Positions 11,941 through 25,628 of a stretch of 64,000 nt of DNA are shown in pieces. The position numbers were made by a program, and so were the translations under genes. Numbering within the stretch: position 1 is the first letter of the stretch; every line of letters starts with the position of its first letter. Origin of the DNA: Eukaryota sp. GEM-RC1 (lineage: Eukaryota); NCBI GenBank assembly GCA_040285855.1, contig JAUFOQ010000017.1, positions 496,001 to 560,000 on the forward strand. The letters are read 5' to 3'. Below the pieces are notes generated by a model that saw only the letters and a program-made list of their open reading frames with translations, ran no database searches and was not told where the DNA came from.

Positions 11941-12640
11941 ATATTTAGTTTGACTTTAGACAAATTATCCTTGATGTTACATTGTTAGATCCTTGTGGTC
12001 AATCCTTGTGCCTACGACCTGACATGAAAAGTGTTCAACCTTTAAGAACCAACCAGTTGAAACACAGACAATACACTTCAAAAATTAATCCTGAAATAAA
12101 CATTGATGGATTAGATTGGATTCATATATTTAAAGCATATCAATTACCAAAAATAATTGGACTTGATTTTGTATGTATTCCAATGATGCTGTTAAATTCA
12201 TTCAAATCTATTCAAAAATAATTGTTTGTTCATATCCGTTTTTCAATGTTTTGAGAATTGTCTTCTCAGTTTTTTAAAGATGTTGGATGAATCTCGGACT
12301 CTGAGATTCATCTAAGACTCAGAGTAAGGTCGTATCTGATGGTCAAAATTGTATGTACTTTCTCTTATTTACGCTTTACAACTAAACAAATTCAATGCAT
12401 TCTGTCCTAAACGAATGTATAGAGATACAGTAAAACGACATTATTCGTACTCAAAGTGTTTCACATGTTTAAGAGCCATTAACGGTTTTTCTACTTATTA
12501 TTCCTTACTTGTTCAGAAATACCTCGAGAACAATCTTTTGATGGTCTAGCCATATACAGGAGAATAGCAGTTTGTGCAGCAAACAAGAGTGTTGTTACTG
12601 TTCTGAAGTAATTTTGGACATTTTTATACTTCCCCAACAA

Positions 12641-13104
12641 ATGGATATCAACACTTTCAAACGCAATTACTCAAACGAAGATGACACTGTTGCAGTTATG
12701 AAGCAGTATCTCGAAGAGTTTGCTGCTGAGACGCACAGCATCTTTTTCTGTGATTACAAGGATCAAGAAAATCTGACGAAGCCCGCATGGATGTTGGCAA
12801 ACCTCGTCGGTGGCTTTAAGCAACGCACTGTATGGTATCTATGTACTAATTATAGGAACATCTAATGAGAGATCATTTTGCATCTGTCCTCATCACTAAG
12901 TCTCCTGAAGCTTCTCACAGTGAAATCCATGGCTTCTTTGTCGTTCCCGGACAAGAACTTTCCGATAAATTGAGGGAAGTCGCCGATTTCGAGTCTTACA
13001 ACTGGACAAAGGCCGATTTATCCGATGACCAACAGAAACAACGTATCATTGATTTAGGCAGTTGGGAAATTGCCCATTTCGCTGAAGGTAAGGTTTTCAA
13101 GTAA
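12641..13104 (+). CDS. Elongation factor 1B-gamma C-terminal domain protein (intron 12830-12855)
   Basis: FKRNYSN, NLVGGFKQR, DFESYNWTK and terminal GKVFK; a 26-nt GT-AG intron joins QRT to EHLMRD. Confidence 0.87.
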
Positions 13105-14021
13105 GCATCATAGATGGGACACTGTTCATTATGATAGTTTGGAATATTTTTTGCAATATTTGTTTCAAATCCACATTTGTTATAAAAAGCATCTAATTTG
13201 TTACAGTCATCTGTGCCACTTTCATTTGAGAGAACACAGCAGAAATGTGCACAATCTGTACAGTACAAACACCTTAAAGAACTACAACTACGTGCTGACT
13301 TTTACTTTAGTGATTAAAAAGATAGTAAACCGAAACCTCGAAGTAAAGTTCAAGACAGACTCTCCATTCACATTTTACAGGAGGCTTTACCTCACTGTCT
13401 TTAATTGTTACAAATGCAAAACATGACCGGACCTCATATGAATTCGGATAATCACCACCGTTAGACACCTAATGCATCATCTCAATAAAGTCCTTACTGA
13501 AGATAGATGATGTCGAAATTCAGTTGCAACCCCAATTTATTGTATTGTCCTTTTGCAAATTGCATTACTCATGAATAATCCAAAAATGTTATGAACAATA
13601 AACATCATATGTGAGAAACTGCCGTTTAACAACAATTGCTAGTCTGTTACAGTAAGTGTCATTGACGACATTACTAGTTTATCGGTTTACAAAAACTAAT
13701 TTGCAATCCACGCATCGTCCATCAAAAAGTGAAACGGATGACCATACAAAATCCTTAAAGAAGGAATTAGTGCAAAGAACAACATACATTTAGATGTATT
13801 TCTGTATTCTACATGTACTTAGTACAAGTATATGAACCTTTTTTTTCTGAGAAGTCCTATCAGTAAATGACACTGTTGTGAATAGCCCAAAGAACAACCA
13901 AAACCAAAACGTGAACGTAACTTGTAGCAAACTTGCCGAAAACGAAGTTTACATTGAAGAGTTTTGTGAGTGTAACTTCTCCAAACTCAACAACTTACCT
14001 CTTCGAGGGATGTAGTCTTGC

Positions 14022-14838
14022 ATGGAATGCTCTTCCTTCGTCACTGCTCTTCAATTTATTGAAGCTCACAGCTACTACTTTCCTAGTTGTGATTATCTGA
14101 AAGCAACTCAGGTTGATCCTTTCTTCACCGAATCTGCACGTCGAAAACTTGTCCACATGATCTTTGAATTGGGAAACGCATATGGGTTCGAGCCATCTAC
14201 TTGTGTCCTCGCTCTCACTTATCTCGAACGTTATCTGTCATTTACCCCAGTTTCCCTCAGCGATCTCCAGTTGCTCGCCAGTACATGCTTCTTCATCGCC
14301 TCCAAAGTTGACGAATCATCATGTGGATTCAAACTACGTTTAGACGATCTTGCTGCACTGTCAGGTCAATCTTTTGAACCCAATGCCATTCTTACTACTG
14401 AGAAGACTATCATGTGCGCTCTCGATCATCGTCTCTTGGACGTTACCCTCATTCAAATCATTGATCTCTTAATTTCGTCATTGCCTCACTTTGCTTCCAA
14501 GACTCAACGGCAGCCCTCATATACCTCAGAACATCCTCAATTACGTCCAGTCTGTTTCATTCTTTTTGATTGAGCTCTCGTTATACCAGTACAATATTCT
14601 TGCATGGCATCCCATAGCTGTCGCTTGCTCTGCTATCCATGTAGCCTGTAGAGTGTTAGGAAGAGCTGACATTGAATCCAGTATAAGGAAATCACTTTCA
14701 TTGTGTTTATCTGACAGTGAACTTGACTTTACTGATTCCGTTCAACTTTTGGATACTTACTTGATCAATTTTTATTCGTATCGACAGAAGCTTGGAGATG
14801 TTCCCGAATTCCCCCCTGGAAGAAGTTTCTGTGAATGA
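14022..14838 (+). CDS. Cyclin (N- and C-terminal cyclin boxes; apparent frameshift near 14490)
   Basis: RRKLVHMI, LALTYLERYLS, LQLLASTCFFIASKVDE, E..IM.ALD, then FLIELSL...P.AVACSAI in the next frame. Confidence 0.88.
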
Positions 14839-15145
14839 ATGTGTTAGTCCTGTTGTTGAACGACGAGATTGTTCTGGTCGTTGTATTATTTCTTAGTCTT
14901 TTATAGTCAGTAGTGTTTTAGATATTTTTTTGTATATTTCTAGTTTGTCATCTTTCAATATAGTATTGCTTTTGTGGTAAACTATCTCACAGATGGTATA
15001 TTGACTTCAGATATATTGAGAGGTGACAAGATAAATACCTGTATGTGAATAAATAATCAAGTGGAAGAGAGTGGATATCAAGACTTGCACAAAAGTGATA
15101 TGGTACAAATGAATACAGAAGTTGAACAAAGAATGATGAAAGAAC

Positions 15146-15531
15146 CTACTCTTGATAAAGAAAGTAGACGGATGCAGTTACGTACATGGAAGCCTACGGT
15201 TAAAAGGACAAGAAAATACGTTCTTAAAGGAATAGGTGGCACAATTGTCAGTCTTCGCATCCCAAAGCCACTGAGCACAAACACGCATAGTCTGATCACC
15301 CATTTCACCCGTAATAACATTCACAACAAATTTGTACCTGGGAGGAGCTAGAGTACGAATCTTTGTGTGTATGTCTGAGCTAAGTTGAGATGCAAGTTTT
15401 TCAGCTGATTCTGGACTATAAGAAAGATTAGTACAAGAGCTATCTATCTGTTGTTTGAGTGCCGCTCTCATAGGGACAATTTTTAGGGGTTCGAAGGGTT
15501 CCAGTTGGTAAGTATTTGCACTGACGCTCAT
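15146..15531 (-). CDS. Tctex-1 family dynein light chain (TCTEX1D2-like; intron 15194-15219)
   Basis: NTYQLEP, PRYKFVVNV..GE..DQ, LWD..TD; splicing a 26-nt intron gives the typical end FKNASMYVTASVYFLYQE*. Confidence 0.9.
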
Positions 15532-15931
15532 TATCTTGGGTGTGGTGGGAAATTTGACTGGCGAAAAAATAATGATAATAAAGTCTAACCTCAAAAAATG
15601 ATACAGTAGCTGGACAAAATTTGATGCGCTAAGAGTAATTTTTATTGTAGTGACCAATGTAGTACACAGCACCTTTGGTTAAAACCACACTTTGTATAAA
15701 AGCGGTTTTAGAGCAGTCATTCAATTTCGCTCAAGTCAAAGTCAAGATATTTGACTTTAGTTCCATTATGTATACTAGAACACCTTGATAGACACAACTT
15801 TTTGATAAACATACTATACTGAAAACAAACAAAAAGAAAATGATTCTAATTTCATATTCTTTGATAGGAAAGAGGTAAAGTACCCATAGGCGAGTTAACA
15901 AAATGAAGAAAATACAAATGGAAGTAAAAAA

Positions 15932-18900
15932 TTACAAAACAAAATGAGACAAAAACGTTCGTATTGCCTTGTTATTTGCTAGACATTGCTCGGGGAACAT
16001 ATCCAAAAGCAAAGATGTACTTTCCTGTTCCATCTCTAATGATTTAATCAATCGTTGAAACACACAAAAGTATAAAAATAGAGCCGTACAAGTAAAAACT
16101 CCAAATATTACTCGAACATTAATTAGTCCAGAACCAACAGCTGATTCAGCTTCATCCTGGAATACGTCAATTGAATCAAGTAAATAATGATTGACAATTG
16201 AAAGATGATCAAGTAGTTGGCGAACTGCAGGAGAACTTAGGGATATAGATTCAATATCCAACAGAATCAAAACACGTTCTGCCAGGTTTACAAACTGATC
16301 AATGAGAACGTGAAGTCCAATATCTCCATCATTTGTAAGGGAAGTCATTGGCAAAATTGAGCTCATCTTGATCTGCAAACCTTCCAGCTGCAGGTTCATA
16401 ATCATTAAGGTCAAAAAGAAGTGATTGGTGAACTGATATCAGCCTATCTATATCTTGCCTTGCGTTTGCTGCACACACCAGTCTTCTTAAAGGATTTAAC
16501 GTCGCAGTAACACAACCGTCAACAATCTTTGTGGTCAAGGATATTCTTTCAGCAGCAAGAGATATCGAGTGAGGTAATTGTTGAACTTGGTTCAGGTGAA
16601 ACCATGAAGCGAATGAAAGTACTGAGAGGACAAAAGCCAAGGCTGTAATAGAAACAAAACTCTTTTTTAATAATGATGAAATTATTCCAATTTTTGTTTC
16701 TTGTTTTACATGAGTCAATTTGACACGTAAATCTTCCTTAGTGGAAAAACTAACAGCATATCCGAACAGAAAAGCACAAATAAGGAAAACCACGATCAAA
16801 ACTCGTAGTAATTCAAAAGCTCCATCACTAATGATTGATCCAAAGGGCTCAAGCTTACTTGATGGAGTTTCCAAAATAGAAATGGAAAGAGGGCGAATTA
16901 AATGTTTAAAGAAGAGATCAAACGTCTCACGGAATGAGCGGGAAAAAGCAGAAGTAACAAGAGCTGTACGAGTGTCCTCATCAATTGTTTCATTGAGACT
17001 GGAAATATTTAAATTCTTAAATAATTCATGATCGGGTAATGTTAAGTTACTGAAGACATGATGATTCACCAATGGAGATTGAACACTATTAGCAGTCATG
17101 AAAACTGCAGCTCTTTGAATATTTAAAAATTCTTGAATGTATCCATCAAAAGAGGGTTCAAAATCATGAACAGACTTCAGTGAGTCTGAAAGGATATCGA
17201 GGATTTTAGAAAGCGAAGTAACATAAGAACTCAAAAACTGTTCCTTTGTGGATAATAGATAGCGAGCAAAATAAAATTCAGTTTCACAAAATGTTGATTC
17301 CAAAAATAAAGCATCTTTAGAGTAATTTGCATACAAATCAACAACTTCACTACTACTAACACTTTCTTGATAGAAATCTTGAAAGCCAAAGACAGAATTA
17401 GCAAGAAAAACACAAAAGATGAGTAGAACAAAACCAAACAGAAACTTGATTTTTGAATGAAGAATTTTTCGTAGATTCCAAAAGAAGAAAAGCACCAGTA
17501 GGATGGATAACAAACCAATGGAAATGAATCCAATAGCAAAATACGTGTAAATTGACCTTTGAGACATAATCTGATCATAGAAATGATTGTGAGAATTTAA
17601 TCCTAGATTAAAAAGTGGATAAGATGTTGACGTTATGATGTCTTCTAGATAATCACTTGTCATCAAATGATTGATGAGTGATTGTTGATTGTCACCAGAA
17701 AGGAAAAGATCTAAATCAGGATGTGAGTACCAGTTTTCCTGAATTTCAGGATATTGAATTTTGAGTATTTCAAAATTTACCTCTCGAGTGAAATTGTAAA
17801 CAAAATCTAACTTTTTAAATTCTACAACAAGAGAAGGTGGAATTTCAAATCTATGAGAAGCAATGAATGCCACAATGGAATTCAAATGAAGTAAAACACT
17901 TCTTTCAGCTTCAAAAGTATTTAATAATTTAACATTTTCAAATGGAACTAATTTGGCGATTTCATTTAAATGCATAAACAATTCATCTCCATTAACCCCC
18001 ATTCGATAATTCTCATAAAACAAAAAGTTTCCCGTTAAAGAATATCCAAGAATAGACCTAAATGAAGTAAAGAAATTACAAAACAATAGTCTGAAATTTG
18101 AGTGAAAATTTGAATAAGCAGCAAGGGTCTCATTCAAGGAATCATGAGGTTCATAAACTACAAATACTGCGACCAAAGCTACTAACATTAGAATTAAAAC
18201 AAGACAGATTGCAAGATTTCTAGTCAAGTGATTTCCAGATGATACCGAACGATTCTGGTCGTCCTGGTTTTCAGGAGTAACTGGGATGTCTTGGAGAAGA
18301 TCCATGTCTGAAGAAGAAGGCATGCCGAGTTCTCGGAAACCAGAAACAACTGCAGAATCAACCAAATGTGTAAATTTTGGTTGTTTTAAAATATCAGCAA
18401 AATCTGGCGCTTCTAAATGTAAGAATAAATTTAAAACCCCTAATTTTTCCTGTGAAATCCGAGTTAAACGAGAAACAACGAAGACCACAGCAATGTAGAT
18501 ACAAATTAACAGAGAAACCACCCACAAAGACACAACAATCACGATACTGTTAAAGAAAAACCAATCACTGGAATACAAGAGAGCAATCCAAAAGTGAGAC
18601 CAAGACTCAAAACTCATAGCAGAATTGTCAATGACAAATCGGTAATCAGAATCAGCTACTAAATCAAAACAGTCGTTGATCTCTATATTTCTGGCAACTA
18701 CAGCTGCTGATTGAGTGAGTGATAAAGCTAACGACCATAGATTCATAACCCTTGTTTCCAGTAACTGGTGGTGCTGAACTTCTAAATAACTTAACAAAAA
18801 TTCGAGGTGACGTGATCAATGACGTCACCGCCATGTCATCAACTGCAGTAATAGGACTCGTACCTGTTCTAGGACACTGAAATACGTCAGAATTGTAAGA

Positions 18901-21111
18901 TTCTCCTAAAGTCAATCTAGAGAAATGATAATTCAAGTGCTGACTAGTTTGAATCGTGAAAGTGTTCAACTGAGAGGAATCTATACCATTCTCAACTGAA
19001 TAATAGAGCTGTCGTAAGTTCAAAGGTAATAAAGCGGATTGCAAAGATATATGAGAACTTTCAATAAGACCAAGGATTCTGTTAGATACGCTGTTTAGCG
19101 AGACTTCTGTTGAAATCAACGAAAATAAAGCACATACAAAAATGATTATAAAAGCCATTTTAATTCCATTAGCAAATCCTTCAATTGACGAACCTTTTTC
19201 ATTAGACTTAGACACTGTAAGCAAATCTGACTGTAGTAGTTGCAACTTGCTTCTCTTCTTCTTACTAGCTTTCTTACCTGCAGCAATAGATCCACTTACT
19301 GATGCTGAACGGAGACTGGAAGAGCCATGATCGTTACTAGAAGGGGTTGAAAGAAGATCTGCACGATCTGTGAAAGAGGCGGCAAGTTCTTCATCTCCAA
19401 GAACATCTCTACTAAAGGTGGCGTATGTTCGCATGACTTCTGGAGACTCGGGATACGTGTTTAACAGACGATTGTAGACTGATTCGACTCGTAGTTTTTT
19501 ATCTTTGATCTCTTCTGTTAATTTTGGAAGGACATCGATCTGAACTCGGCCCTTTTTTAAATATGTCCAGAATTTAAAAACAGAGTGAAGATACTCCCCA
19601 AGCTTTTCTTCCGCATCTCTAATTGATCGCTGTAACTGAACGTATTGATCAGAGTCACCCAAACCAGTATTCTGATGACGTCTCAAGTTGTCAATTTGAA
19701 CTTCTAAAAATGACATTCTGAATTCTTGATCAAAGGAAAGATCAACATCCAATCTTTTCAATTGCGAAAGTATCACGTTTGCACCAAGAGAATCATGCAC
19801 GTGATAGAGGTCAAATGCTGAACGTTGTAGAAACAGTTCAACTGTTTCAGGAAACTTTGAAGAATAAAACTCTAGAATACTACGGCCCTTTTCTACGGCA
19901 GATTGTTTCTTAGTGTATGGCCTGACAAAGGCAGTGTATCTTAACGCCTGATACCAAGAATTAACTGGTACGTCGACGTTAGCAACTGATTGATGATTAG
20001 AACCTTCTGAATCACTCGAGTTTGATTGATCTTCAGCATTTCCAAAGAGTTTCTGTTCAGTGGATGAAATAGTTTGATCAGGGAAAACTAAAGAAACACT
20101 GTTTCTGAAGGAAATGGAAAGAATTCTGGAGCAAAGTATAGAGGAGATGATAGCTGGAAGTAAGAATACTAGAGTAACAACAACTCCACTGAGGTCAATA
20201 TTTAAAATATTGAAAACTTGAAAAGCTGCATAAGAAGTACCTACTGCGAACCACAGGCCTAATACAAAACCAAAGATCTTCACAGCCTTACTATAAAGAT
20301 AAGGGGAGGTTCTGAAGAGGTAGAGAAAAAGAACAACTGGTGAAAGAATGAAGGAGCAAAGGAAGAAGAAAGGGCGGTGAGGGAGGAGATAGAAGATGGC
20401 GAGAATGGCAATTTTAGAAAGGTAGACATAAAAGTATGAAAAGTTTACATAATTCTGAGAGAATATAAACTTTGAAACTAAGTTGGTGTCGCGAGTTAAA
20501 TGATCAAAAACGTAGGAGAGAAGAAGAAGAAGAAGAAGTAAAATTCCGGCAACTAATCTCAATGAAGCAAAAGACCAACTCCAACAGCCCCCAATAGAAG
20601 TTAAAGGATAGAACGCTTGGTCAGAAGTTGAGGGAACACAACTCAACGTGACAAGGGTAACGGCGGCTATCGGTATCTGGAACAAACGGAAAACAAATGC
20701 GATCACTCTCATTGATCGAGGGAGTCGCAGTTGAGATGTAGACTGCTTGTGGTGGTTGAGATTGAGTAGTAGCAAAGCCAGCAGTGACAAGCATATTAGT
20801 GAGCCTCCTACCAGAAGAACAACGATCTGTACTGATTGGGCCGTCCAGTAGGGTAATAGAACGTTCATGTACGTGCGGATATCTGGAAAATACTTCTCGG
20901 ATAACCAAGGGTCAATGTTGAGATTCAGAATGAGAGAAAAGAATTGGAGGAAATGTACGCCGAACAGGAAGATGGCAGCCGAGTTCTTACGGGGAGAAAT
21001 AAGAAGCGCTCTGCAGACAGAGTAGAAGGGACCGGTATACTGGCCTTTCATTCCAGCAACACTAGTAGTGGAGTTGAACGTAGCCTCAGATTGAGAGGGT
21101 GCTCGATGCAT
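15932..21111 (-). CDS. Large multi-pass TmcB/TmcC-like membrane protein (apparent frameshifts near 18750 and 16350)
   Basis: N-terminal TM bundle; TmcB/C-type TPR region (FW..L...; YNRLLNTYPESPEVMRTYATFSRDVLGD); repeated TM-flanked extracellular segments; terminal LLLDMFP motif. Confidence 0.7.
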
Positions 21112-21424
21112 ATCGTGTAAAAAATGATGATGTCAACACGAAGGTAATGGAAACGATTCCTCCTGTAAGAAAAGTAGTCTCTAGTTTCATCTGTGGATTT
21201 CACTTCATATGCGAATTTCAGTTTCTTCCCGATTTCATTCCCGAAACCGTTTCTCTAGATTTTTCTTACATCTTCATAGACAAGTCCTTCAATTGTATAC
21301 TCTGTTGTCACTGTATCTTGTAAACGACTGTTCGACATCAATAAAATACATGTTTTGAGTCTTCACATATAGACATTTTTGCCTGCATCTTGACAACATC
21401 TCTTTTCACTTCGACGTATCTCTT

Positions 21425-22312
21425 ATGGACTCTTCTCCACCTTCACTAAATTCTGTTCCGCCATCGATGTCACGCAATTGCTTCCCTGACTCTGATCACT
21501 TCGTTATTGGAACTACATATGGTCTTTCACAGAATCTAGGTAACAAGTTGACATCTTCAAAACAACTCGAAATCTACTTCAAAGACATTGAAGATGTCAC
21601 TGTCAACCTTCTTTCTGCCATTTGTTCAGAACACTTCCAGGAAGTAGCAAATACCGAAAGTAAACATCCGCATCCTCAATCTATAGTCAGTGTTAGCTTC
21701 AGCAGTGGCAAATCTTGGACATCTCTTCTTGAAGACAACGAACTACAAGCAAGAGTAAAACGCTGGAAGTATCCTAAAAATCCCCAACAACGGAAGCTCG
21801 TCGCTTTTTCTGTCAGATGCTGTGCAGATAGCATCGATAGCGACATGTACAAGGAACATGTTGCCTTGTTGTCTAAACAGAAGCTGAGGACAATCTCCGT
21901 TGATGATCTGAAAGCAAAAAACTCTGATTGGGAAGCGTACAATCAAGACAGTTGGCAACAATGGTCCGATCTGTATTCAGAAAACGACAAAATTTCTGCT
22001 ATCGGTATACCAACTGAACTTGAAGACGATTTCTATCTAGTGAATCGATCTTCTGATGACGACAATGACGATTTACAATCTGAGTTAACTGCTCAAGAAA
22101 TTTCAAGGGACTTGATTCAGTTAAAACAGAACATCAATGAGTTGATAGACTGCAAGCTTGTAGAAATCAATAGACTGTTAGCTCCTCGTCTTAAAAAGAA
22201 TCGCCGTAGATCTAGAGGTTGCCATGGTTTGACGAATGACGTCCAGCAACAATTCAACAGAGCAAAAAGAAGTCATGTTGAAGACGGTTCTCATATAGCA
22301 AGGGATCATTGA
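21425..22312 (+). CDS. Hypothetical protein
   Basis: 295-aa ATG-initiated ORF; no recognised family. Confidence 0.6.
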   Translation: MDSSPPSLNSVPPSMSRNCFPDSDHFVIGTTYGLSQNLGNKLTSSKQLEIYFKDIEDVTVNLLSAICSEHFQEVANTESKHPHPQSIVSVSFSSGKSWTSLLEDNELQARVKRWKYPKNPQQRKLVAFSVRCCADSIDSDMYKEHVALLSKQKLRTISVDDLKAKNSDWEAYNQDSWQQWSDLYSENDKISAIGIPTELEDDFYLVNRSSDDDNDDLQSELTAQEISRDLIQLKQNINELIDCKLVEINRLLAPRLKKNRRRSRGCHGLTNDVQQQFNRAKRSHVEDGSHIARDH

Positions 22313-22697
22313 TCCTTATATTCTCCTACTTAGTTCCGGTAGTGTATTTTTCCCAGTTTATTGCTTCCTCAATACAACTTCATAATGCTGATTGTCTGAC
22401 AAGTTATACATTGTAGTACATCAGTTTGACAACTTCTCAACAGTTCGAATGTCCAGATCCTCATCCCTTGAAGTATGTCTTCTAACATTCGGTTTAGCAG
22501 TTAGAATTCTAAATCTTGGAGTATATTTAGATTAAGTGTTTGGTTAATCATCGGTTCCAAAGTTTGCAGTGCTCATTGTGCTGTGGAATCATGATGAATC
22601 ATTGAACTATTTCTTTTGATTGTGTTGTAGAACAAAAGCTGGGACTAAATAAGACCGTCTTGGATGAATGGACCTGTCCTTTAATCTTTTCTGTCGA

Positions 22698-23467
22698 ATG
22701 CATCAACCTATGCATCAATCTATGCACCACCCTGGCGGCCCTGGATTTGTTCCTGCAACCTATTCTGTTTGATTCGAGCTTCTTGAACTTATTCTAGACG
22801 TATCAGCAACAACAGCGCCCTCATCCTGTCTATCAACAATCGTCTCCCCTTTGGTTTTTGCCTCAAATGTTGTGGGTGCTACTGTATCACGTGCTGTTGT
22901 ATTTTTATTCTGCTCATTGTGTTGCTTGTCATATTCGGAACTTCTGGTATTGCTTATCGACGAGTTGCATTTGTTGTTGACAGTGACAAATCTGTTCGCT
23001 TTGCTGTGGACTACGATAACATGATTCTCTATCGCTCAGGTTCATCTCCAGATCACATTGGTCATTTCAATGATACTCAACAAATCTTCAAGATTCATGA
23101 TGGTCATGTCTATACAAAGCATGATGGGGATGACCATTGCGATCGTCAAGATCTTGATGCTGACCTCAAAGAAGCGGTAATGAATTTCATTCGACTAGCC
23201 TTACCCCCTTTTGATGCTGAGCGAAGTTCTACCACCTCGTACAGCTCTGAATGCGAACTGTTTACTGCAATAATCCCGTATTATGGTACAAGCAACGTAC
23301 AACTTGCTGTTGACTACTGTGTTGATTATGAGTTCAATTATCGCACTAGAGTAGTTGATTCAAGCTTCCATGACGTGATTTTTGACGAGAGAGTTTTCTC
23401 TGATCACGAACGTTTGGAATCTTCTGATTGGCGATTTAATGTACATGATTTCTGTTCAAACTATTAA
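22698..23467 (+). CDS. Single-pass membrane protein, paralog 1 (Cys-rich juxtamembrane segment; 5' part frameshifted, start uncertain)
   Basis: Clear similarity to 24839-25522 (VDY.N.ILYRSG, QIFK..DG.V.TK...D.HC.RQD, LPP.DA, FD.R.FS.H); CLKCCGCYCITCCC precedes the TM segment. Confidence 0.65.
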
Positions 23468-23646
23468 TTGTTGTTTATTCCTTATGTTTTTCTGAACCAA
23501 TTCTTCATGTTGTAAATCTTACTGCGCTTTTTTTGGCTTACCTTTTGCTGATCAGTTTTTGCAGCTGTCCTCTCGTATGCAGAGTAACCGCATCTACCAT
23601 TGTTATAATAGCATGTCTCGCCAACTTGGAATCTTTGCACTAATAG

Positions 23647-24624
23647 AAAAAACGGGGTTTATGATCAGTCAGTGAAATAAATGCATTTGCAGAAGTTAAT
23701 AACTAACAGACACTAACTAAAGTATCTAAACTATGATCCTTCTGTCCATCACCGAACAACTTACCTAAAATTGAATTAAAATAACTGTGCATTGAACGAA
23801 ACAACGCAAACGTTAACCTACTCAACCAAAAATTTTCATTGAAAACTTTACCATACTCAGAACACAATTTACCAAAGGAAGTTAAAAAACCTTGTGCAGC
23901 TGGTCCAATATTACCGTATATCGACATCGCAAAAGGTTGAAACACAAAAGAATTGTACCTGTCAACATTCAATTGGTTAATTAAGTGACAGTACTTTGTA
24001 TTTTTTTCTTTTCAGCCACTTCAAGAGCCGAAAAATCATCAAAAATTTTTGAAATTGATCTTGAATTACAAGGATCAACAGTCGTGAAATCCATGATAAT
24101 TTCCTGACAAGATAACCAAGGTCCAATCAAATCACCACGACTTCTATCAACTTTTGGCTGATCAGAAAGATTAGCAAGTAAAGGTTCAATTTTTCCATGA
24201 AAACCATTAGCCTTAAACATATCCAAACATGTATCTCGGATACTGTTGTGAATAATTGATGGAAAATGAATAAATTGATGACAGTTGACTAAATGATGAA
24301 AATTTGAAGCCTTTGAACGACCACAGAGACATGGAGAATGCTTCAAGAGACCTGAAGGCCATAAACCTAACCTAAGTCTCATGTTTATAAGTCATTCATG
24401 ATCCTTAAGATTAAAACAAAATTTTCTTGGCAAACGAGAAACAAAAGAAGACGCAGCGCTTGAAGAAATATCATTCAAAAAAGCACAAAAAGCGGGAGTC
24501 TTAGTCTTAGCCAAGCTAATACGGTTTTTAAAGTCCAAGCTTTCGTGAAACAAAACAAACTTCTTCTGTAACTTGCGAACACACAAAGGCAAAGAGAAAA
24601 ATGAAAAAAGAGAAAAGAGAGAGT
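23647..24624 (-). mobile_element. 5'-truncated CRE-like (RLE) non-LTR retrotransposon, family A copy 2
   Basis: MRLRLG, zinc-knuckle-like CLCG...HHLVNC, HNSIRD, RGD, AE..K..KY; ends CCCCGTTTTTT; TSD actaatag/actattag (23639-23646, 24625-24632, 1 mismatch). Confidence 0.88.
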
Positions 24625-24838
24625 ACTATTAGTGTGCGCAACAACACCGTATACATCAGTACTCACGGTTTTCTAATTCAGGTTCTAATTCGTGAAGAAG
24701 ATTGAATCGTCGGATGTATTGTTAACACTTACCAGTTTCTGAAGTTAAACAATTCTTGTCATAATACGTGATGTCGATATCTCACCAGACAGAATTCTGA
24801 CATTCCGCATCTGTAGTTTGTTCAGTACGATTTGCTAA

Positions 24839-25522
24839 CTTAAGCCAAATTCTAGGTCTGGTAGAGGGAATCCCACCACTTATCGCCCTTCTGGATTTAC
24901 CAACTTCTGTTTTAAACTTTGCTGTTTCTGTTGGGTGCCAACTGTAATAATCTTCTACATTGTGATGCTTATTGTGTTTGGACCAGGAGATTGGGTCCAT
25001 AGACAAGTCTCCTTCAACATTGATGCTGATCCATCTATTCTGTACTCAGTGGATTATGAGAATCTAATTTTATATCGCTCTGGACGCTTTCCCGATGAGC
25101 ACGGCGACTATCGCAGTGCAGAACAAATATTTAAACTACAAGATGGATACGTGTTCACCAAGTGCCTGGAAGACCTTCACTGTCATCGTCAAGACATTGG
25201 AGACCAGGAGCAGTCAATTCTTGACTTCATTCATTTAACTTTACCACCTCGTGATGCAACCAAAGTGCTTGAAAAACGTTCCGGAAAGACCATGTGTACA
25301 GTAGTGGAAGCCAAAATACCTTATAATGGTCCTGAAGTTGACTTTGTTCACGTGGAATATTGTGTTACTGGTCTGTTAAACTATGAAACCAGGATAACAG
25401 ATCCAAAGTTGCATGATCTTCTATTTGATGTAAGATACTTCTCAGAACATCAGAAGTTGGAAGTTTCTGATAGAATGTTCAATGAGGATCTTCTTTGTTC
25501 AAGAATTGAAACATACCAGTAG
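24839..25522 (+). CDS. Single-pass membrane protein, paralog 2 (start uncertain)
   Basis: Paralog of 22698-23467; FCFKLCCFCW precedes the TM segment. Confidence 0.65.
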   Translation, partial: LKPNSRSGRGNPTTYRPSGFTNFCFKLCCFCWVPTVIIFYIVMLIVFGPGDWVHRQVSFNIDADPSILYSVDYENLILYRSGRFPDEHGDYRSAEQIFKLQDGYVFTKCLEDLHCHRQDIGDQEQSILDFIHLTLPPRDATKVLEKRSGKTMCTVVEAKIPYNGPEVDFVHVEYCVTGLLNYETRITDPKLHDLLFDVRYFSEHQKLEVSDRMFNEDLLCSRIETYQ

Positions 25523-25628
25523 ATCGATTCAACTATTGATACTGATACAATCAAGGTCAACACGGTATTTCTATTTTCCTAGTAGGAATTGTATGTGGTA
25601 GTGGCTCGTAATCTATTTTTAAGGAATA

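Noticed and set aside
24625..24634. Apparent inverted target-site duplication (cactaatag vs ctattagtg) at retroelement copy 2
   Set aside because: The site is nearly palindromic, and a direct TSD with one mismatch (actaatag/actattag) explains it more simply.
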